From positions 1-34,521 of the forward strand of contig CAZRNU010000018.1 of the NCBI GenBank assembly GCA_964601515.1: 34,521 nucleotides of DNA, in the 5' to 3' direction. The position numbers and the translations under genes were made by a program. This DNA comes from an uncultured Bacteroidales bacterium (lineage in GTDB: Bacteria > Bacteroidota > Bacteroidia > Bacteroidales > UBA7960). Below, piece by piece: positions 27,636-34,521 of the stretch. Within the stretch, counting starts at the first letter, position 1, and each line of letters opens with the position of its first letter. The notes below the pieces were generated by a model, which worked only from the letters and a program-made list of their open reading frames with translations, did no database searches and was not told the origin of the DNA.

Positions 27636-28136
27636 TTACTTGATATGTTTTTCAACTTCTGCAGTAAGTTTTTCTGCCTCAACTGGTTTTCTAATGAACC
27701 CATTTACCGGGAACCAATATGTTTTTCCATCTTCACCTTTATAATCAATTCCTGCTGTTCCGTCATTGATGTTTTTTACAAGAAGAACCTGTAAATCTTT
27801 AAAGTTTGGATCTTTTCTGTATTCACGAGCCATTTCCTGAACAGCTGCTTTAGAAGTAACAAGAATGTCTATTGAAGACTGGATTAGGAAAGGAATGTTT
27901 TTTACTTCAGGGCTGTTTAGAATTGCTTGAGCTAGTTCAAAACCTTCGTAAGGAGTTGTCATCATTACGTCAAGAATTGCAAGGTTGGGTTTTTCATTGC
28001 GAAGCTTTTCAAGACCTTCGGTTTTGCTCATTGCAGAGATTACTTCATAACCGGCTTTGGTTAAAACTGCTTTTACTAATGTGATCACATCGATGTCGTC
28101 ATCTACGATTAGAATTCTTTTTTTTGTTGTTTCCAT
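27636..28136 (-). CDS. Single-domain response-regulator receiver with about 45-aa C-terminal tail; paralogue of 20939..21337
   Basis: KRILIVDDDIDVITLVKAVLTKAGYEVISA...KPNLAILDVMM. Shares the block pattern V/LDDD-x-D-x-I...G(F/Y)EVISA...KP(D/N)LAILD(L/V)MM with the other receiver. No output domain. Confidence 0.8.
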   Translation of the reverse strand: METTKKRILIVDDDIDVITLVKAVLTKAGYEVISAMSKTEGLEKLRNEKPNLAILDVMMTTPYEGFELAQAILNSPEVKNIPFLIQSSIDILVTSKAAVQEMAREYRKDPNFKDLQVLLVKNINDGTAGIDYKGEDGKTYWFPVNGFIRKPVEAEKLTAEVEKHIK

Positions 28137-28294
28137 GACTAAGTTTTTTAGAGTTATTACTGGATTTTTTGTTTTCGAAAATCTTTGTGATTTTCTTGAT
28201 GTAAAATTACTACCCCTAATAATTTTGGTTTAGAGAGCAATCTCCTGTTTTAAATAGTAAAATGCAACCGTTTTTTTTTGCCAAAAACCGATAC

Positions 28295-28319
28295 TTTTCT
28301 GCAATTTTTTTGCAGAAAA
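28295..28319. promoter_or_regulatory. Perfect 10-bp-arm palindrome TTTTCTGCAA-ttttt-TTGCAGAAAA in the divergent control region between the receiver gene (-) and hoxF (+). Candidate operator.
   Basis: Direct reading: arms 28295-28304 and 28310-28319 are exact reverse complements. Confidence 0.4.
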
Positions 28320-28455
28320 ATGCAAATGGGTATTTTTAATGGAAAATGAGACAGCGTTGTAAGTCTTGATAATTAGGGGATTCGCAGAGCGTAAGCAGTG
28401 TAATTATATTCATTCTAAATTACCAAAACCTACCCCTTATCTGCGCAAAATCATA

Positions 28456-28463
28456 TATATTTG
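28456..28463 (+). promoter_or_regulatory. Candidate Bacteroidota-type -7 box TATATTTG (TAnnTTTG) about 55 nt upstream of the hoxF start
   Basis: Motif match only. No clear -33 TTTG seen at canonical spacing. Confidence 0.3.
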
Positions 28464-28518
28464 TCGCGCATTAAAAAGTCATTTATTTTAAATCAGTTAC
28501 AGCTAATATATTTAATGT

Positions 28519-30312
28519 ATGAAAGAAAAAATCATTAGTATCATTGAGTCTTACGGCAAAACCCCGGGGCGTTTGATGGATATCTTGTTGTCTGTTCAGG
28601 CAGAATTCAGATGCGTATCGGAAGAAGCAGTAAGCCTAATCGCCTCTGAACTTGGTATTTCAGAAGCAGATGTAAATCAAACCAAAACTTTCTACCATTT
28701 TTTCACAACCAAACCGGTTGGGAAATATGCAGTTTACATGAACAACAGTGTAACATCAGTTATGATGGGCATGTACGATGCAGTAGATGAGTTTGAAAAG
28801 CTGGCCGGAATCAAGTTTGGTCAAACAACTCCTGATGGGCTAATTAGCCTTAACTATACTGCATGTATAGGAATGAGCGACCAGGAACCTGCTGCATTGA
28901 TTAACAATGTAGTTTTTACAGAACTAACTCGCGAAAAAGTTAGAAAGATTGTTTCTGATATGCGCGATGGAAAGCCTGTTGAAGCTATGTTTAATGAGTA
29001 TGGCGACGGAAACAACGGAAATCCGCTTGTTAAATCAATGGTTAAAAACAACATTCGTAAAAGAGGAAATGTAACTCTTGGAGATTATGAAGTAGGTAAA
29101 GGTTTATCAATTGCTCTATCAAAAAGTTCGCAAGAGGTTATTGATGAAGTGAAAAACTCAAACCTTCGCGGACGTGGTGGTGCCGGTTTCCCAACAGGAT
29201 TGAAATGGCAGTTTTGCTCTAAAGAATCAGGAGACAAATACGTTATGTGTAATGCTGACGAAGGCGAACCAGGAACATTCAAGGATAGAGTACTTCTAAC
29301 AGAACGTGCTAATATGGTTTTTGAAGGTATGGCAATTGGTGGCTATGCTATCGGAGCAAAAGAAGGTGTTTTATATTTAAGACATGAATATAAATATTTG
29401 AAAGCTTTTATGGAAAGCGTTCTAGCTGACCTAAGAAGCAAAAATATATTAGGCAACAACATTCTTGGAAAAGGATTCAATTTTGATATTAGAGTTCAGT
29501 TTGGAGCCGGAGCTTATGTGTGCGGTGAAGAATCTGCTCTAATTGAATCTTCTGAAGGAAAACGAGGAGAACCTCGTAATCGTCCTCCTTTCCCTGTTCA
29601 AAAAGGATACAATGCTAAACCTACAGTAATTAACAATGTTGAAACATTCTGTTCAGTTGTTAAGATAATGGAAAACGGAAGTGCATGGTATAAAGGAATG
29701 GGTACTGAAGAATCTGCAGGTACAAAATTATTAAGTATTTCAGGTGATTGCAAATTCCCGGGAGTTTATGAAATAGAGTGGGGAATGACAATCGCAGATA
29801 TGCTTCAAATGGTTGGTGCTGAAGATGTTCAGGCAGTTCAGGTTGCCGGACCTTCAGGAATTTGCTTACCTCCTGCTCAGTTTAACCGCAAGATTGCAAT
29901 TGAGGATCTTGCAACAGGTGGTTCTATGATAGTAATAGGTGCAAATCGCGACCTTATTAAAGATGTAGTATTAAACTTCATGGAATTCTTTGAAGATGAG
30001 TCTTGTGGATCTTGTGTAACATGTCGTTCATTTAATATGATTCTTAGAAAGCAGGTGAAGAAAGTTGTTGACGGAAGAGGTATTAAATCTGACCTTGACA
30101 ACATGTTGGCATGGGGTGAGATTATGAGAAAAACCAGTCGCTGCGGTTTAGGACAAACTGCTTCAAACCCTGTTTCAACAACAATCAAAAACTTCCTTGA
30201 TTTATATAATGTGAGAGTTAAAGATGCTGAGTATCAAAGTGATTTTGATATGCATAAAGCTATTGTAGAATCATGCGAAGTTGTTGGTCGTCCTGCAAAT
30301 ATTCATGAATAA
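28519..30312 (+). CDS. hoxF: NAD(H)-binding diaphorase subunit HoxF (NuoF-like) with fused, cluster-less NuoE-like N-terminal domain
   Basis: 597 aa. N-terminal ~150 aa thioredoxin-like but lacking the CxxxxC...CxxxC ligand set. FMN block GRGGAGFPTGLKW. 4Fe-4S ESCGSCVTCR. Confidence 0.85.
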   Translation: MKEKIISIIESYGKTPGRLMDILLSVQAEFRCVSEEAVSLIASELGISEADVNQTKTFYHFFTTKPVGKYAVYMNNSVTSVMMGMYDAVDEFEKLAGIKFGQTTPDGLISLNYTACIGMSDQEPAALINNVVFTELTREKVRKIVSDMRDGKPVEAMFNEYGDGNNGNPLVKSMVKNNIRKRGNVTLGDYEVGKGLSIALSKSSQEVIDEVKNSNLRGRGGAGFPTGLKWQFCSKESGDKYVMCNADEGEPGTFKDRVLLTERANMVFEGMAIGGYAIGAKEGVLYLRHEYKYLKAFMESVLADLRSKNILGNNILGKGFNFDIRVQFGAGAYVCGEESALIESSEGKRGEPRNRPPFPVQKGYNAKPTVINNVETFCSVVKIMENGSAWYKGMGTEESAGTKLLSISGDCKFPGVYEIEWGMTIADMLQMVGAEDVQAVQVAGPSGICLPPAQFNRKIAIEDLATGGSMIVIGANRDLIKDVVLNFMEFFEDESCGSCVTCRSFNMILRKQVKKVVDGRGIKSDLDNMLAWGEIMRKTSRCGLGQTASNPVSTTIKNFLDLYNVRVKDAEYQSDFDMHKAIVESCEVVGRPANIHE

Positions 30313-30346
30313 ATCATTAAAGTGTTAACAAAAAAATCAATATAAA

Positions 30347-31051
30347 ATGAGTGAAAAAGTGAAATTCACAATAGACGGCAAAGAATTCGAAGGTGCAAAA
30401 GGACAACTTCTTGTTGACGCTGCAGCTGAAAACGGAGTGTATATTCCGGTACTTTGCCATTGGAAAGATGTAATTCCCGCAGGTTCATGCAGGATATGTA
30501 CCGTTAAAGTTAACGGACGTTATGTTGCTGCCTGTACTACTCCTGTTGAAGATGCATGTGTTGTTGAAAACAATACACCGGAGCTTCAGGATATAAGAAA
30601 AGCTATAGTTGAGATGTTATTTGTTGAAGGAAACCATTTCTGCCCCGCATGTGAAAAGAGTGGAGATTGCGACCTTCAGGCACTTGGATATCGCTACCAA
30701 ATGATGGTTCCTCGCTTTCCATATGCTTTTGAAAGAAGAGAACTTGATGCTACTTCTCCAAAGATTTTTCTTGAGAAAAACCGTTGTATTTTCTGCAAAC
30801 GCTGTGTTCGTATGATTAAAAACGAAAAAGGACAAAGCTATTTTGCATTTAAAGGCAGAGGAAAACATTTAGAAATTTCTATGGATAGAAAACTTGCTGC
30901 TACAATGACTGATGCACTTGCTGAAAAAGCAATGAAAGTTTGCCCTGTAGGCGCAATTTTACGCAAGGAAGTAGGATTCTCTACTCCAATCGGAAAAAGG
31001 AAATATGATAATGTTCCAATTGGTTCCGATATTGAAAAATTACAAAAATAA
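30347..31051 (+). CDS. hoxU: Fe-S subunit HoxU (NuoG N-terminal-like: 2Fe-2S plus 4Fe-4S ferredoxin motifs)
   Basis: 234 aa. CHWKDVIPAGSCRICTV...C (2Fe-2S). HFCPACEKSGDC (4Fe-4S with His). CIFCKRCVRM. Confidence 0.8.
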   Translation: MSEKVKFTIDGKEFEGAKGQLLVDAAAENGVYIPVLCHWKDVIPAGSCRICTVKVNGRYVAACTTPVEDACVVENNTPELQDIRKAIVEMLFVEGNHFCPACEKSGDCDLQALGYRYQMMVPRFPYAFERRELDATSPKIFLEKNRCIFCKRCVRMIKNEKGQSYFAFKGRGKHLEISMDRKLAATMTDALAEKAMKVCPVGAILRKEVGFSTPIGKRKYDNVPIGSDIEKLQK

Positions 31052-31067
31052 AAAGGGAGGATAAAAA

Positions 31068-31616
31068 ATGAGTAAACCAGTAATAGCAACAGCTTCGTTA
31101 GCAGGATGTTTCGGATGTCATATGTCAATTCTTGATATTGATGATAGAATTCTGCAACTTATTGAACTTGTTGAATTTAATAAATCACCAATAGATGATA
31201 TCAAAGAATTTACTAAGCAATGTGATATAGGTATTATTGAAGGTGGTTGCTGCAACAGCGAAAACGTACATGTTCTGAAAGAATTCAGAAAACACTGCAA
31301 AATTCTTATTTCATTAGGTGAATGCGCAATTATGGGCGGACTTCCTGCAATGAGAAATGGTATTCCTGTTAAAGAGTGCCTTGAAGAAGCATATTGGGGT
31401 GGCCCAACCGTTGGTGAAAATAAAGAGAAAATTATGCCTAACGATGAAGAGCTTCCAATTATTCTTGATAAAGTTTATCCATTACATGAAATTGTAAAGA
31501 TAGATTATTATCTGCCGGGATGTCCTCCAAGGGCTGACTTAATCTGGCAAGCAGTTGTTGCGCTTGTAACAGGTGATGAGTTAAATATTCCTTATGAATT
31601 AGTTAAGTTTGATTAA
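31068..31616 (+). CDS. hoxY: [NiFe] hydrogenase small subunit HoxY (NuoB/20-kDa-like, group 3)
   Basis: 182 aa. Proximal-cluster cysteines (GCFGCHMS ... GECAIMGG ... LPGCPP). Short form typical of bidirectional or F420-type small subunits. Confidence 0.8.
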   Translation: MSKPVIATASLAGCFGCHMSILDIDDRILQLIELVEFNKSPIDDIKEFTKQCDIGIIEGGCCNSENVHVLKEFRKHCKILISLGECAIMGGLPAMRNGIPVKECLEEAYWGGPTVGENKEKIMPNDEELPIILDKVYPLHEIVKIDYYLPGCPPRADLIWQAVVALVTGDELNIPYELVKFD

Positions 31617-31631
31617 AAAAAAAGTGAAATA

Positions 31632-33083
31632 ATGGCACAGAAAGTAACAATAGAACCTGTAACCAGAGTTGAAGGACACGGAAAAGTGACCATTCACCTC
31701 GATGATAATATGAATGTTGCTCAAACACGTCTTCATATTGTTGAATTCCGCGGATTTGAACGTTTTGTACAGGGTCGACCTTATTGGGAAGCTCCGGTAT
31801 TAGTTCAACGTTTGTGCGGTATTTGCCCTGTTAGCCACCACCTTGCTGCTGCAAAAGCTCTTGACGTTATCGTTGGCGCTGGCACAGGTCACGGTCTAAC
31901 TGCAACCGGTGAAAAGATGAGAAGGTTAATGCATTACGGACAAATGTTCCAATCTCATGCATTGCACTTTTTCCACCTATCTTCACCTGACTTCTTATTA
32001 GGATATGATGCAGATCCTGCAATTCGTAACGTAATCGGCGTTGCTATTAATTTCCCGGAACTTGCGACTCAAGGTGTATTGATGCGTAAGTACGGTCAGG
32101 AAGTTATTCATTATACTGCCGGTAAAAAGATTCACGGAACAGGAGCAATCCCGGGCGGTATCAATAAGAACCTTACATTGGAAGAAAGAGATATTCTTCT
32201 TAAAGGTGCTGATCCTCTTAATGTTGATAAAATGATTGAATGGGCTGATTCAGCTGTTCAGTTTTTCAAAGATTACTACATGAAAAACCGCGAATTTGTT
32301 GATAATTTCGCATATTTCCCATCTAATCACTTAAGTCTTGTAAGAAAAGACGGTGCTCTTGACCTTTATCATGGTGTGCTTAGAGCCGTTGATGCTGATG
32401 GTAATAAAATTCTTAATGATGTTGATTATCAAGAATATTACAAGTACATCGAGGAAGAAGTTAAGAATTGGAGCTATATGAAGTTTCCATATCTAAAACA
32501 TCTAGGAAAAGAAAATGGTTGGTATCGCGTGGGTCCATTGGCTCGTTTGAATACTGCTGACTTTATTCCTACTCCTCTTGCTCAAAGAGAATTCGAAATA
32601 TACAAGGCTCACACAAATGGCAAACCAAACAATTATTGTTTACATACTCATTGGGCTAGGTTAATTGAATTACTTCACTCAGCTGAGGTTATTAAAGAAT
32701 TACTACTAGATTCTGATCTTCAAAAGAATGATTTAGTAGTTAAAGGAACTAAAGGAAATGAAGGTGTTGGCTTAATTGAAGCTCCTCGTGGTACTTTATT
32801 CCACCATTACAAAATCAATGAAGATGATCAGATTACTATGGCAAACCTTATCGTATCTACTACAAACAACAATGAACCGATGAATAAGTCTGTTAATTTT
32901 GTAGCTAAGCATATGATGAATGGTCAGAAAGAAATTACTGAACCTATGAAAAATGCTGTTGAAATTGCAATCAGAGCTTACGATCCATGTTTAAGCTGTG
33001 CAACTCACGCATTAGGCAAAATGCCATTGGATATCAAACTTTATGGTCCAAATGGTGAAAAATTAGATCATTACAGATCATAA
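31632..33083 (+). CDS. hoxH: [NiFe] hydrogenase large subunit HoxH (group 3d-like)
   Basis: 483 aa. N-terminal RVEGHG and L1 motif RLCGICPVSH. C-terminal L2 motif DPCLSCATH, followed by a ~24-aa extension (ALGKMPLD...) of the kind removed by the maturation protease. Confidence 0.92.
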   Translation: MAQKVTIEPVTRVEGHGKVTIHLDDNMNVAQTRLHIVEFRGFERFVQGRPYWEAPVLVQRLCGICPVSHHLAAAKALDVIVGAGTGHGLTATGEKMRRLMHYGQMFQSHALHFFHLSSPDFLLGYDADPAIRNVIGVAINFPELATQGVLMRKYGQEVIHYTAGKKIHGTGAIPGGINKNLTLEERDILLKGADPLNVDKMIEWADSAVQFFKDYYMKNREFVDNFAYFPSNHLSLVRKDGALDLYHGVLRAVDADGNKILNDVDYQEYYKYIEEEVKNWSYMKFPYLKHLGKENGWYRVGPLARLNTADFIPTPLAQREFEIYKAHTNGKPNNYCLHTHWARLIELLHSAEVIKELLLDSDLQKNDLVVKGTKGNEGVGLIEAPRGTLFHHYKINEDDQITMANLIVSTTNNNEPMNKSVNFVAKHMMNGQKEITEPMKNAVEIAIRAYDPCLSCATHALGKMPLDIKLYGPNGEKLDHYRS

Positions 33084-33101
33084 TTAATAAGTTTTATTAT
33101 A

Positions 33102-33140
33102 AAGAGGCTGTCTCATAATTTGAGATAGCCTCTTTTTTTA
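33102..33140. terminator. Rho-independent terminator after hoxH
   Basis: AGAGGCTGTCTCA (33103-33115), 5-nt loop, TGAGATAGCCTCT (33121-33133; one mismatch), then a 7-T run. Confidence 0.55.
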
Positions 33141-33237
33141 TTCTTTTTATTGAGTTTTCAATTGGGCTTGGATTTAATATTTAGGTAAACTTTGTTTACT
33201 TTTGCCGCGAATATTATTAAATCTTTTAAGTGATAAA

Positions 33238-33690
33238 ATGAAAAAAACTTTAATATACGGATATGGAAATCCGGGCAGACAAGATGATGGTGTAGGTGCT
33301 AGATTTGTCGAATTGATGGATTCCTGGATAATGGAAAAAAACATCACAAATGTTTTTACTGATTGTAATTATCAATTAAATATTGAGGATGCATCTCTTA
33401 TATCAGATTATGAAAGAGTTATTTTTGTTGATGCTTCAGTTGTTGAAGATGTAAAAGATTACAAATTGGAAAATATAGAGCCTAATGATGCTACTATTGA
33501 ATTTACAATGCATGCAGTTTCCACATCTTATGTTGTTGATTTATGCCGCAAAATTTATAATAAAAATCCGGAATCTCTGGTTTTGCATATAAAGGCTTAT
33601 GAGTTTGACTTTAAAGAAGAACTCACTTCACAAGCTGAAGCTAATATGCTAAAAGCATTTGAGTTTCTAAAAAGCTACCTTTTAAAATAA
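33238..33690 (+). CDS. hoxW: Hydrogenase maturation endopeptidase (HoxW / HycI family)
   Basis: MKKTLIYGYGNPGRQDDGVGARF N-terminus (GxGNxxxxDDGxG metal-binding signature), further His/Asp residues, ~150 aa. The ATG at 33238 is preferred over the upstream ORF track start 33202. Confidence 0.8.
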   Translation: MKKTLIYGYGNPGRQDDGVGARFVELMDSWIMEKNITNVFTDCNYQLNIEDASLISDYERVIFVDASVVEDVKDYKLENIEPNDATIEFTMHAVSTSYVVDLCRKIYNKNPESLVLHIKAYEFDFKEELTSQAEANMLKAFEFLKSYLLK

Positions 33691-33701
33691 TTCTTATATT
33701 T

Positions 33702-33757
33702 CCTTACACCTTATACCCCATACCCTATACCCTATACCTTATATCTAATACCTTATT
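33702..33757. repeat. Heptamer tandem array CCTTACA CCTTATA CCCCATA CCCTATA CCCTATA CCTTATA TCTAATA CCTTATT, the reverse complement of the GGTAT-type units. It sits in the convergent gap between hoxW and nikR.
   Basis: Direct reading with period 7, 8 units. Confidence 0.8.
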
Positions 33758-33765
33758 TGGTACTA

Positions 33766-34164
33766 CTAAAGGTCTGTCATTACGAGTTTGCCGTGATGTA
33801 TCCCTTTGGTTCCAATTATTCTATCGGCCAGCTCAAGTAATTTTTTTGCTTTTCCTTTAATCGCAATAGTTTCTAAGCAAAGGTCATGTTCGAGATGCAC
33901 ATGTTGTGTAGATAATATCAGATCATGGTAATCGTGCTGAACGTGCATTAACTTGTTGTTAAGCTCTCTTTTATGATGGTCATAAACAATAACAATAGCT
34001 CCTGCTACTGTTTTATTTTCATCAACTTTTTCTGAAACAAGAGTGCTTTTTATCAAATGCCTTATCGCCTGTGATCTGTTTGGGAAACTATGTTTTTTCA
34101 CCATTATGTCCAAATCACTTAGAATATCTTCTTCTAATGAAACACCAAATCTTTTTACTTGCAT
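33766..34164 (-). CDS. nikR: Nickel-responsive transcriptional regulator NikR (ribbon-helix-helix + C-terminal Ni-binding domain)
   Basis: N-terminal RHH (KRFGVSLEEDILSDLDIMVKKHSFPNRSQAIRHLI). C-terminal HVHLEHDLC block matching the HxH...C nickel ligands of E. coli NikR (H87/H89/C95 spacing). The ATG at 34164 is preferred over 34185. Confidence 0.85.
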   Translation of the reverse strand: MQVKRFGVSLEEDILSDLDIMVKKHSFPNRSQAIRHLIKSTLVSEKVDENKTVAGAIVIVYDHHKRELNNKLMHVQHDYHDLILSTQHVHLEHDLCLETIAIKGKAKKLLELADRIIGTKGIHHGKLVMTDL

Positions 34165-34299
34165 ATGAATAGTTTTGATTATCAAATAATAATCATTTAA
34201 TACATGGCTTGCATTAAATTAATTAAGTAAAATTAATATTTATTTTGGCGAAAATGAAAATAATGTATCTTTGCCACGAAAATATAAAAAGGTGGCACG

Positions 34300-34521
34300 A
34301 TGCGAGTTTTTATTCCATTATTAAAACTGCAAATATTCGTTTTGTTAATCTGCGGTTTTAATCTTTTTGGAGAAAGCCCGAGAGAAATAAATTTACCTGT
34401 TTTATTGTCACATATCGAATGTCAAGATGAAATTATTTATATGCCTGACAGTGATAGCGTGTTATTTGTTGTTAAAAAGCCATGCATTGAAAAAGAATTA
34501 GAAGAAGTAATAATAACTGAT
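34300..34521 (+). CDS. 5' fragment of a hypothetical secreted protein (runs off the window end)
   Basis: ATG at 34300, then the hydrophobic N-terminus MRVFIPLLKLQIFVLLICGFNLFG. Open to the window edge and absent from the ORF track because it is truncated. Confidence 0.35.
   Translation, partial: MRVFIPLLKLQIFVLLICGFNLFGESPREINLPVLLSHIECQDEIIYMPDSDSVLFVVKKPCIEKELEEVIITD

Noticed and set aside
28295-28319. Palindrome as a Rex (NADH-sensing) operator upstream of hox
   Set aside because: Rex sites are TTGTGAA-N4-TTCACAA-like. This one reads TTCTGCAA-N5-TTGCAGAA, with a different half-site and spacing. No rex gene is in the window. Kept only as an unassigned operator candidate.
33702-33757. G-quadruplex potential of the GGGTAT-type heptamer arrays
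   Set aside because: Only two or three runs of at least 3 Gs per array, and most units have GG. This is insufficient for a stable four-tract G4 as read.
1-34521. Mobile element / genomic-island interpretation of the hydrogenase block
   Set aside because: No integrase, transposase or tRNA anchor seen, and no long flanking direct repeats. Composition looks uniform with the housekeeping left end, so the island looks native rather than recently acquired.

Overview
AT-rich chromosomal window with no transposase, integrase, CRISPR array, tRNA or rRNA recognisable. Signals consistent with a Bacteroidota-like anaerobe (inference): weak or absent Shine-Dalgarno sequences, TAnnTTTG-type -7 boxes, and a RecA with an N-terminal (KE)n tail.

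Left third (1-15.9 kb) is housekeeping/envelope: bcp peroxiredoxin, a secreted TPR-CHAT protein, recA, a lipoprotein, an S9 peptidase, an M15 (VanY-like) peptidase, an AI-2E transporter, a flotillin/NfeD pair, truA, and a Cache-PAS histidine kinase with a NarL-type regulator.

Right two-thirds (15.9-34.2 kb) is a dense hydrogenase island.
- One co-directional minus-strand string, 27518 down to 15929, reads hydC-hydB-hydA, then a hydrogenase-domain histidine kinase, a receiver (REC), a REC-kinase hybrid, then hydG-hydF-hydE. hydCBA is a trimeric HydABC-type, presumably electron-bifurcating, [FeFe] hydrogenase.
- A paralogous single-domain receiver gene lies just upstream of the string.
- A 382-bp divergent control region separates it from hoxF(E-fused)-hoxU-hoxY-hoxH-hoxW on the plus strand (group-3d-like NAD-linked [NiFe] hydrogenase plus its C-terminal protease).
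- A convergent nikR follows.

Most notable features:
- An H-cluster-type [FeFe]-hydrogenase domain fused directly to a HisKA/HATPase kinase, embedded with three receiver-containing proteins between the structural and maturase genes. This is a candidate H2/redox-sensing multi-step phosphorelay with no DNA-binding output inside the block.
- A family of heptamer (GGTATWR-like) tandem arrays at three operon boundaries inside the hydrogenase island, plus other short tandem arrays: an octamer upstream of bcp, a hexamer overlapping a stop codon, and (GAAAAA)5 inside recA.
- A nested inverted-repeat element in the hydG-hydF spacer.
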